From the sequence record MW218148.1: a stretch of DNA of 64,000 nt; one strand, written 5' to 3'. Below the pieces are notes generated by a model. That model searched no databases. It was not told the origin of the DNA and saw only the letters and a program-made list of their open reading frames with translations. The translations under genes were made by a program, and so were the position numbers. Shown here one piece after another: positions 19,524-29,000 of this stretch; the first letter of the stretch is position 1; each line of letters starts with the position of its first letter.

Positions 19524-20804
19524 CTATATAATGAAATAAAGAGTGTTAGGATCCTTTTCAGCTAAAGAATCATATTCATCTCTAGTATATACTTTAGGCG
19601 GTACTGATACTCCTGGATCACCTTTAGGACCTTGATCACCTTGAGGACCTTTTATTGAAATTTGTTTGGCATAAGTATTTGTACCAGTTTTCTTATATAA
19701 GTCACCATTATTAATTAAAACATAATCACCAGTTCGGTATGAAGTACTTCCGCCATTAGTATCAGTAGGAGCAGTTGCAATGTTTGCAGTATATATAGAA
19801 TAACCTATAGCACCCGTTGACCCTACAGCACCTCTAATACTATACTGCTTAGTATAAGTATTAACGCCAGTTTTCTTATATAAGTCACCATTATTAATTA
19901 AAACATGGTCACCGATACGATAAGATTCATTACCGCCATTAGTATCAGTAGGAGCAACTGCAATATTAGCTGTATAGATAGAGAATCCTTGTGGACCAGT
20001 TGGACCTTGAGGACCTGGATCACCTTCATATATTGAAGCATTTTCTACCATATAATTTTTAAGGTTGGTTTTGTAATCCCCAATAGTATTTTCAAAATTA
20101 GTTATCTTAGTATTAAAAGATTCTTGAGCTAACTTTAATGTTTCACTCTTTTCTCTAATCTCAGATAACTTTTCTTCAACTCTAATAACATCATTTTCCA
20201 TGTTCTTAATATAGTTAGCATTTTCGCTAAGCTTTTCCATCTCATCATTAAGAGACATAGCATTATTAAAGTTACTTTGGAAGTTATTTTTAACTGTTTC
20301 AAAACTGTTTAATTGCTCTTTAAGAGAGTCTAATTTATTCTGAGTTTCAGAGACTACATTATCAATCTCTTGTCTACCGGATTCAATTTCACCTTTTTTA
20401 TCAGTAACTATTTTATTGAATTGCTCTAGTCCTTGAATGTATTCATTAAGTTCTTCATTACCAACTGAATTATCTTTAATTTTCTCTAATACGTCATTAA
20501 TATTCTTTTCAATAGCAGAACTATCAGATACCATTATTCTTATTTGTTTGAAAGTTTCGTTTATTTGTAGATATTTTTGTTCTATGAATTTTTCAGTAGA
20601 TTCAAAAGTAGCTACTTCATAAACACCGTCTTCATTAATATCTTCATAAGAAGAACTAGATACAATATTATATTGTATTCCCATAAGTTGGTATAATTTT
20701 ATTAAATCTTTATTAATATAAAACGGTTTATTAATTGGTCCCATACCTTTATTAGGTATAAAAGTTTTATGTGGTACAGTTATCAATATTTTATTTTCAT
20801 CCAT
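19524..20804 (-). CDS. Fibre protein: shared N-terminal module, coiled coil, collagen-like triplets, two roughly 53-aa repeats, C-terminal docking peptide
   Basis: GDPGPQGPTGPQG and GPQGDQGPKGDPG; duplicated SIYTANIAxAPTDTNGG...VLINNGDLYKKTG; C-terminus YTRDEYDSLAEKDPNTLYFII. Confidence 0.8.
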   Translation of the reverse strand: MDENKILITVPHKTFIPNKGMGPINKPFYINKDLIKLYQLMGIQYNIVSSSSYEDINEDGVYEVATFESTEKFIEQKYLQINETFKQIRIMVSDSSAIEKNINDVLEKIKDNSVGNEELNEYIQGLEQFNKIVTDKKGEIESGRQEIDNVVSETQNKLDSLKEQLNSFETVKNNFQSNFNNAMSLNDEMEKLSENANYIKNMENDVIRVEEKLSEIREKSETLKLAQESFNTKITNFENTIGDYKTNLKNYMVENASIYEGDPGPQGPTGPQGFSIYTANIAVAPTDTNGGNESYRIGDHVLINNGDLYKKTGVNTYTKQYSIRGAVGSTGAIGYSIYTANIATAPTDTNGGSTSYRTGDYVLINNGDLYKKTGTNTYAKQISIKGPQGDQGPKGDPGVSVPPKVYTRDEYDSLAEKDPNTLYFII

Positions 20805-20933
20805 GATGATTTAGCCCTCTCTTTCTAAATATATGCAATATAAACCCCCTAATACACGTTATAAACCGATGATTTTTCTATATAGGTTTGCGGCTCATCG
20901 TTTAAAAATGTATTAGGGGATCTGGAATTATTA

Positions 20934-20945
20934 TATAATAATGTT
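20934..20945 (-). promoter_or_regulatory. Late-type promoter AACA-N6-TA
   Basis: AACA-TTATTA-TATA upstream of the fibre operon. Confidence 0.55.
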
Positions 20946-20952
20946 ATATGAA

Positions 20953-23406
20953 TTACGAGTTAATAATTTTGAATTTATTTTCATTATTAAAATCTTGTTC
21001 TAATCTTTCTTCATTAGTTAATATTTCTTGGAGGTCTTTTGTATCCATATCAAAATTAACTTTCTTACCATTGATAGATAGGGAAGATTCACTTAGAATA
21101 ATATCTTTAGAAGTATTTAAATCATTGATATTTTCATCTAAGTATTTCTTTACTCTAACTTTTTCTTCATTAGTTACGTTCTCATAAGCTTCAAATACCA
21201 TATCTTCATAGTATTCTTCTAACGATTCTTCGTAACCTTCATAAAGAACATCATCTTTGTTTTTCAAGTCAAACATAATGCTTTCTTCTAATGCTTCTAA
21301 ATCAACTTCTTCATTTAGAGTATCTTTAACATCTTCGTTAACTTCATCTAGTGGATTAAGTAAGTTTTCTAATAAACCTGATTCAGATTCATTATTAACA
21401 CGTTGAACTACATTCATACTAAATTCTTCTTCAAGATTTTCTAATGAAATTTCTTGGTCAGTATAGAATTCTTTAAGTACTTTATTTACTTTAGGTTCAA
21501 CTACAACTACTTTCTTAAATCCTTTACCAAAGTCAACTTTATTAACTAGTAGAGAAGAAGGATTATAAACTTTAGGTAATTCATCTAAATAAGATTCTTT
21601 ATGAATAACAATATCTACACGTTTACCTAATGATTCAGATAAAGCATTGGCATATCTAACTAAATCTTTAGCTGTATAAGTTTCATTAACTTGGTCTTCA
21701 TTAACTGTTTTAGTTTTAAATTCAACATCAGTAGAACCACAATTCTCACAAACTAGTTCATCTTCGTTAGTATTAGGATCTATCTCTTCCTGAACCCCAC
21801 ATTCATTACAGATAACTTCTCCAACTTCTTTAGAGTTTTGTAATGCTTCTTCAATTTCTTCATTACAATTCTCACAAACTAGTTCATTTGATTCATTCAT
21901 AGTTAATTTATTTCCACAGCTTTCACAAACCATTTTACCATTTTCAATTTTACCAGTTTCAGATAAGAATTGTCTAATAGTATTGATAGATTCATTAGTA
22001 ACAAATATTTGTTTTTGGTCTTTGCTTTCTAACATAAATGAATTTAATAGGTTTTCATGAATCTTTTCTGAAACACCTTTAAATGATTTAACAGTAGCAA
22101 AGCTAAATTCTTCTCCAATAGCAATGAATGGGAATGCTTTGTTTTTATCATCTACATAATTTTCATTAGCGATGATATCAACTTTTCCATCTTTTTTAAC
22201 ATCATCTACTTCTGGAGTACCAATAGTATAACCTATTTTGGCATCAGTAGCTAGAATTCCATTTCTTAAATCCACGTAAGTAAATTCTGGAGCTGGATCT
22301 TTTTCATATAAATATGGACCAGGACTAGCACTTTCAGTTACAGCACCAGATACTGAAGCTGAACCATTTGCTGCTGACATTCCACCGTCACTAACAGAAC
22401 TTGCACTTACATTAGAATTAGAAGTGCTTACTGAAACTGAGTTTTGAGGTCCAAAAGTAGTAGGTACTATCATTTGAGAGTCTAAGAACTTAGCTCTTAA
22501 TTCAGAGTAACCAGGTCTAGTTTCTTCATCATCATCTTCATCGAACAAAGATCCTTCTTCAATTTCATTATCTGAATTAGCTACATCAGTAGAAACAGTC
22601 TCATCTTTATCTAATATAATTGGTTCATCATAATCAGGATGATCAGAGTCAATTATTTCTACTCCATCTTCTTCCTCAGCATCTTCAATTTCATCAAGAT
22701 CATCAGATTCTTCATCGTCAAACTCTTCTTCTTTGATTAGTTCATTGAACATTTCTTCAATTTCTTCAGCATCATTAGGAATATCTCTATCTAAATCTTC
22801 ATCAAAATCATCTTCAAATAAAAACATATCTTCATTAATGTCTTCTGAAATAATATTTCTTTTAACTAAACTTTTATGAATTTTTTCCATAACTTTTTCT
22901 TTTTTAGCTATAACAGATTTTGAATGAATATCTTTCTTCTTAATTTTTCCTTTTTTAGTTTTACCTATAATACCTTTAAGACTATCAATATTCTTTATAA
23001 AAGTATCTTTGATTCCCTCATTAGAATTTTCAAATTCTTCTTTAAGATTTCCATTTTTATCTTTAATTTCTTGTACTGTAATATTTGATTCTTTTAAACG
23101 GAATAATCCTTCATTCAATTCTCGTAAATTTGCTGAAGCTACCGCTCGGAATAAATCATTCAAGACCTTCAATAATTCTTTTTCATTTCTGAATTTTCTT
23201 ACAACAAAACTAAGATCTATAATATCTAATTCTTGATTTACAAATAATACACATGACATTAAGTTTTTACCTTCTATATAAAATAATGTATCTGTGACAA
23301 TTTCATAACCATTTTCTCTCAAAGAGTCTGAGTATGGCATAACTGTTTCAAATAAACCATCATTAAATGCATCCAATGTTTTTTTAAGTTCTTTATTTTT
23401 TCCCAA
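20953..23406 (-). CDS. Large acidic head-associated protein with two Zn-ribbons and many [LIV]xE sites
   Basis: CESC..CENC and CNEC..CENC pairs; repeated LNE/INE/VNE/LxES motifs; TTG start. Confidence 0.55.
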   Translation of the reverse strand: MGKNKELKKTLDAFNDGLFETVMPYSDSLRENGYEIVTDTLFYIEGKNLMSCVLFVNQELDIIDLSFVVRKFRNEKELLKVLNDLFRAVASANLRELNEGLFRLKESNITVQEIKDKNGNLKEEFENSNEGIKDTFIKNIDSLKGIIGKTKKGKIKKKDIHSKSVIAKKEKVMEKIHKSLVKRNIISEDINEDMFLFEDDFDEDLDRDIPNDAEEIEEMFNELIKEEEFDDEESDDLDEIEDAEEEDGVEIIDSDHPDYDEPIILDKDETVSTDVANSDNEIEEGSLFDEDDDEETRPGYSELRAKFLDSQMIVPTTFGPQNSVSVSTSNSNVSASSVSDGGMSAANGSASVSGAVTESASPGPYLYEKDPAPEFTYVDLRNGILATDAKIGYTIGTPEVDDVKKDGKVDIIANENYVDDKNKAFPFIAIGEEFSFATVKSFKGVSEKIHENLLNSFMLESKDQKQIFVTNESINTIRQFLSETGKIENGKMVCESCGNKLTMNESNELVCENCNEEIEEALQNSKEVGEVICNECGVQEEIDPNTNEDELVCENCGSTDVEFKTKTVNEDQVNETYTAKDLVRYANALSESLGKRVDIVIHKESYLDELPKVYNPSSLLVNKVDFGKGFKKVVVVEPKVNKVLKEFYTDQEISLENLEEEFSMNVVQRVNNESESGLLENLLNPLDEVNEDVKDTLNEEVDLEALEESIMFDLKNKDDVLYEGYEESLEEYYEDMVFEAYENVTNEEKVRVKKYLDENINDLNTSKDIILSESSLSINGKKVNFDMDTKDLQEILTNEERLEQDFNNENKFKIINS

Positions 23407-23429
23407 TGTGATTTCAATCCTTTCAGTTT

Positions 23430-24710
23430 TTATTTTCTAAAAGTTCCTTCAATACTATCTTTGATTATAAATAATATACATGGTAGTAATACGTAATCTT
23501 CTAAATCCATATCGTATTTATCATCATAGTAATTGAAAACTTTCTCTAATATTTTTTCATCTATTTTTTCATCATTCATATACATAGAAATCAGTTTATA
23601 ACGATTATCAAAATAAGTTAAACTTTTAGTACCTTGATAATCTTCATTAACTTCATTAATCTTAGTTAAATTACTTAACTCTATAAATTCATTTAATCCA
23701 TCTATTATTTCTGTATCTTCTACATTTTTATGAACAAAGCTTAACTCTTTATATTTCTCTCTAAACATCTTTAAGAAGTTATCTTTAGTGTCATTAAGAG
23801 TAATAATATTAGGTAATGTCTTTTTATCTTTTAATTTTTCATATAAAGAGAATTTATAATTCTTTTGATTTATTCTTTCATTTTTAGGATTCTTATCTTT
23901 ATACGGTAATATATTTGATAAATATGTGCTAGTTTTTACTAATAAATTATTATCATATATAAATCTAGATAAGTTCAAATCTATATACTTAATAGGAGCT
24001 ACTGCACTGAATTCATCTTCGTAATATATAAACGTATTTAATGAAGAATTATAGAAATGATCTATGAATAATTGAGAAAATTCATCAGCATATTTAATGC
24101 TATGATTAACTTGATAAAAGTCTTCTTCTAATATTAATGATTTATTATCAGTTCCAATATTTGAAAATACTGTTCTATATACGTTTGATACTTGATTTTC
24201 AATATCTTCAGTATTGACATTAAAGTTTTGGTAGTATATTTTATAATATGAAGAATTTTCTAATGAACTCATTTCTACATTAGTTATTCTATATATTCGA
24301 CTAGTTCCACTTTCCTTAGATTGGTATTGAAATACAATAAAATCGTCTGGTAAAGGTTCAATAGTGCCAGGTAATATAACTGCTTCAGATTCTAAATCTT
24401 TTTCAGTTCCCCACTCTTCATCCCATTCAATAGTAGGATTCATTTCAGATACGTTGTATAGAGGGAAATCTTTTAATTTATTATATTTCAAAGGAGAATT
24501 ATCTCCAATAATTTCTTCAACATTATCTAGTGAACGATCAGAAGTAGATTTCTCATGATCTTTACTATAGTATGTAACAAAACTAGGAGCTCCTGCTTGA
24601 AACTTACTATATTTTTCTGTACCGGATAAATATGAGGATACGTAACTATTTACAATGTCTTTTGGTTGTAAATCATCATTCGAAATAAATGTACCCATTT
24701 TAATCCTCAC
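23430..24710 (-). CDS. Virion structural protein (possibly neck/head-tail connector)
   Basis: Late promoter upstream; beta-rich core VTYY..EAVILPGTIEPLPDDFIVF..IYRITNVE typical of connector-like folds. Function is inferred. Confidence 0.45.
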   Translation of the reverse strand: MRIKMGTFISNDDLQPKDIVNSYVSSYLSGTEKYSKFQAGAPSFVTYYSKDHEKSTSDRSLDNVEEIIGDNSPLKYNKLKDFPLYNVSEMNPTIEWDEEWGTEKDLESEAVILPGTIEPLPDDFIVFQYQSKESGTSRIYRITNVEMSSLENSSYYKIYYQNFNVNTEDIENQVSNVYRTVFSNIGTDNKSLILEEDFYQVNHSIKYADEFSQLFIDHFYNSSLNTFIYYEDEFSAVAPIKYIDLNLSRFIYDNNLLVKTSTYLSNILPYKDKNPKNERINQKNYKFSLYEKLKDKKTLPNIITLNDTKDNFLKMFREKYKELSFVHKNVEDTEIIDGLNEFIELSNLTKINEVNEDYQGTKSLTYFDNRYKLISMYMNDEKIDEKILEKVFNYYDDKYDMDLEDYVLLPCILFIIKDSIEGTFRK

Positions 24711-24730
24711 TTTCTTATTTAATTTTCGTA

Positions 24731-24742
24731 TATGGTATTGTT
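24731..24742 (-). promoter_or_regulatory. Late-type promoter AACA-N6-TA
   Basis: AACA-ATACCA-TATA. Confidence 0.55.
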
Positions 24743-24770
24743 ATCTTTGATTACTTTTTTAATATAATAA

Positions 24771-24801
24771 TCCCAATACCTATCGATTTAAGGTATTGGG
24801 A
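24771..24801 (-). terminator. Terminator hairpin
   Basis: TCCCAATACCT / AGGTATTGGGA stem, identical to the stem at 52127-52155; loop contains ATCGAT. Confidence 0.7.
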
Positions 24802-24812
24802 TATTTAAGAAA

Positions 24813-25319
24813 TTAAAGACCGAATTCTTTATCTAATGATTCTTCTAAAGAACTAATCTCTTCATTTGTAACTGGGTTCTCTTCAACGGCTTCAAATAAG
24901 CTGAATAAAGCTTCTTGAACTGGATCAACTACAGAATTAATTTTATCTTCCATAGCTTCATTTACCTTAGTAGGTAATTTTTTGAATAGGTCAACGTATT
25001 TTTTCTCATTAGCGTCTGCCCATTTTTCAGCACGTCTAGGGTCACTGAAAGCACATACGAAAATTTTGCGAGTCATAAAACCTGTTGAACCTGATTTATC
25101 TTTTAAACGGTAAGTAAAGTAAACAGATTTACCGATATTAGTTAAACCATATTCTTCGTCAAATTTTTTACCTTTAGCAACTAAAACTGCTTTCTTTTTA
25201 GTTGCACGTGCAACGAATGCATCCTGAATATCTTTATCTGAAGCGTTTAATAATTTACGTAAAGTATCTTTAACTTTACCTTCTTGTAAGAAAGTTTCTT
25301 TAATTAATTCTACTGACAT
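24813..25319 (-). CDS. Head-associated protein, paralog of 25377-25934
   Basis: AEKWADANEKKYVDLFKKLP versus AQKWVQSNGNKFVSIFKKAP; ends LEESLDKEFGL. Confidence 0.6.
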   Translation of the reverse strand: MSVELIKETFLQEGKVKDTLRKLLNASDKDIQDAFVARATKKKAVLVAKGKKFDEEYGLTNIGKSVYFTYRLKDKSGSTGFMTRKIFVCAFSDPRRAEKWADANEKKYVDLFKKLPTKVNEAMEDKINSVVDPVQEALFSLFEAVEENPVTNEEISSLEESLDKEFGL

Positions 25320-25376
25320 ATTATAATTTCCTCATTTCATTTTAATATTTTTATTATATAAATTAGTTTAAATAAA

Positions 25377-25934
25377 TTATAATTTAAATTCTTCATCCAA
25401 TAATTGCTCTAAGTTTTCAATAACCTTATCATCTTTACTAACTTCAGGTTTCTTATCAGGAGCTTTCTTAAAGATGGATACAAATTTATTTCCATTACTT
25501 TGAACCCATTTTTGTGCATCTTTGAAATGATCTGCAACTATTCCAATAGGTATTCTTCTAATTTTATCTTTACCTTTATACTTGATAGGTACTTCTAAAG
25601 CAGCGTTTTTACCACCAGTACGTTTGGCTACCACTACAACATTACCGGAATCAATCTTAATACCTTTACTTTTAGCTTTTATTTTAAAATTCATACAAGC
25701 TTTAGAAAAATCCGCTTCAAGAGTATCAGGCTCAACAATTCCTTCTTGAACTGCTACATCTTGAGTATTTCCACAATCTTCACACACTAATTGTCCTGAT
25801 TCATTTGAAGACATTTTAGAACCGCACTCTTCACAAATAGGTTCTTCTTTATCAGTGTCAATATCACGCTTTAATTCTTCATTAACTAAACCAAATTCTT
25901 TATCTAAAGATTCTTCTAGTAATTTAAGATCCAT
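25377..25934 (-). CDS. Head-associated protein with a Zn-ribbon
   Basis: Starts LEESLDKEFGL; CEEC..CEDC; ends LEQLLDEEFKL. Confidence 0.6.
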   Translation of the reverse strand: MDLKLLEESLDKEFGLVNEELKRDIDTDKEEPICEECGSKMSSNESGQLVCEDCGNTQDVAVQEGIVEPDTLEADFSKACMNFKIKAKSKGIKIDSGNVVVVAKRTGGKNAALEVPIKYKGKDKIRRIPIGIVADHFKDAQKWVQSNGNKFVSIFKKAPDKKPEVSKDDKVIENLEQLLDEEFKL

Positions 25935-25966
25935 TATATTTTCCTCTTTTCTATTTATTTTATTAA

Positions 25967-25978
25967 TATTAATGTGTT
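25967..25978 (-). promoter_or_regulatory. Late-type promoter AACA-N6-TA
   Basis: AACA-CATTAA-TATT. Confidence 0.5.
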
Positions 25979-26038
25979 AAAATATTATATCACTAAAAAT
26001 AACCCTAACCAAAATGCAAATGGTTAGGGCATATAATA

Positions 26039-29000
26039 TTAAATCATTTCTTTTACTTTACGTTTTAATTCGATTAATGCTTTATTAGTAAAGAGCATCA
26101 AGTAAATATCGGTAGTCATACGAGATACGATACTTAGTGGAGAGAATATAGCTTCAATTTCTTCATCAGGTCTATATTCTGCATAAGGTGATTCATTAGG
26201 AGGAGTAACATCGGCAATAACTGTTTTACATGCACCGTAGAAACTAATCTTATCACCAATACTCATATCATCTTCATACTCTGTGAAGATTTCAATAAGT
26301 ACTCCATCTACTTTTTCACCTTTAATTTTCTCACTATTAATTTTCTCAACTGCAGGAATATCTACGTCTAGACCAGGTAATGTAGATTTATTACCTTTCA
26401 CAGCATCTTTATATTCCTTATATTTATTCTTAGATTTGTTAATATATCCATTAACTAACTTAGATAGTGTAGGAGACATATTTTCAATATCATCATTATA
26501 ATAGATATTTACTTTCTTGATAACTCCGGTATATTTACTTCTTACTGCACGATTTGATATATCTTGGATTTCTTGTTCAAATTCAGAACCGATTTTATCT
26601 AGTAAAGAACCAATTCCTACGTCATCAAATGAATTCTCAAATATCATTAATGGATCTCCAGTACGTACATTTTGACCTTCTTTAACGATATATTGAATAT
26701 TTGTATTAGAAGCTAAGTTAACTGTTTTCTTCATAGTAACTTTAGTTGACATCGCTTCAGACATACTATTAGAGATAATGGAACTATCTTCATACGTACC
26801 ATAGCTTGAAGCAACTGCAACTTTTGATAATTTACCTGCAGCAAATTGAATATCATTTTTACTACCTGAACCAGCAAAGTAATCATCATTCTTAGCTAAT
26901 ATTTGACCTTTATTAAATTTATTTCCAACCTCAAATTGTGGAGTAAGTTTATTATTTTGATAGAAACCACCATTAGAGTTCTTAGCAAGTTTTTCAGATA
27001 TATCAATTACATCTTTATCTCCATTAACATATTCAACAGTCATCAGACCAGTCTTTTCATTAACAGATATAACTTTACCATCTTCTTTAGCTTTAAAGGC
27101 AAAGGTATCAGATATTTGATAAGCTAAAGCTTTATCCACACCAGATCCAACTAATGGACGATCATTTGTCTTAGTGGCAATTAAATGCTTAGCTTGAGTA
27201 CCTGTCATTCCTATACGTGGTGAGTCGGCATGTTTACTAGTATAGGGGTTGAGTAATTCTAATGGAGTGTACAATGCAGTATCAGGAACGTTTTCTTTCT
27301 TATTACCATCGGTATATCCACGAGTAGATTTAATTTGTGTATCATATGAAAGTTGTCTAACTATACCTACCTTATTAGAGTCAGGAGTGGATATTCCTAA
27401 TATACCTTGCATACTTTCATCGTAAGAACGAATATCGGGTTCATATGATTGTTCAGAGTTACGTCCAGCCGGACCTTTAAATGTAACAGAAGTCATTTTA
27501 TCTATTTCTAAGTTAGGGTTTAAATCAGATACTTCATCAACTGTTGGCTGTTCCATAATTGTCTTGATCAATTGGTCTTGTTTAACAGAAATATTTCTAG
27601 GATTCTTATTATTGTAAGAGTCAGAATATTCTTTATAAGCGTTCGCCATCATTTTATATAATAATGCATTGATTTGCTCTGGACCACGAACACGATAAAT
27701 TCCCATATCATTATGGTCTTTAGCTGATACATCTTCTAACATTGTGTTAGCTAATAGTAATAATTCAACCATATTGTCAGGAAGTTTTAAGTCTTTCAAT
27801 ACTTCTTTAGTAATAGGATCCATTGCTAAATCCATAGTATTTTTAATACCTTTACCAACATTACGACTGTAGAATTTATCATTGAAATATTCTAAGTAAG
27901 GTGTTTCAGTTTCAAAATCACTGAAGTTATATTGAGAAGTAGGTAATACAGTTAATCCAGACATTAATAAATCAAATCTCAATTTATCCGTAGAGTATAT
28001 TAAATAACCATCTTGGAATTTAATCTTATTCTTCTTATCATGAATACTGATTCTTTCATTTTCTTCAGTAAATTTGTAATCAACCTCATACAAATCAAGA
28101 ATATGCGTTAAACCTTTATAGAATCCTAATAATAAGATTGTAGGAACTAATTTATTGGTAATCTTAACACGAGAAAATGCCATAGTTTTATTAGATTGAA
28201 TATTTTTACTAAATTTCTTATCAATAACACCAAAGTCAACCTCATCATCTAATTTCTCAATTAAGTAATCAAATATATTTACTTTCATAGACTTGATATT
28301 AGATTTTCCACACTCATACATAACTGATTCAGTTTTATCAGCTAAAATTAATTTAGACTTATTAACATTATAGCCAATAGGGAAATATTTATCTTGATCA
28401 TAGTCTATTTGAGATAAACTATTGCTATTGGAAATCATTCCTAATAAACTTCTTTGGTTGAATTCAAGAGTATTAATTTCATCTTTAAAAGTTAAAATAT
28501 TTCTTGATAAACTGTTATAAATAACTGAAGTAACATATTTATCATTGATTAAAGAAGCATTACCTTTCTTAACAGATAACTTAGATTTACTTTCAATATA
28601 TTCTATAACTTGATCATCTTCAATAACTTTTTTAATCCATTCAGTTTCAGCGTTTTCTTTATAACCAAATTTTTCTATAATGAATTTATTATAGTTAGTT
28701 GTGATCCAAACTGTGTCTGGTCTATACTTAACAATTGGCCACATCATTAACTGTTTAGTAAGAACTTTCTTACCTCCATTAAGTTTCATATACTTACCGT
28801 CAATAACTTTAGGTACATCAAACTTAACATTGTGAGTTAATCCATCTGGGCTCTTGAATTGAACTTTAACAGTGTTCTTTAATGATTGACTATCCGAATT
28901 ATCCAACACTTCCATTTTATTAATGAATACTGGAATTTCTTCATTGTCATTAAAACTCTTCATGATATCAATAAAATCTTTATTAAAAGTTTTTTCCATA

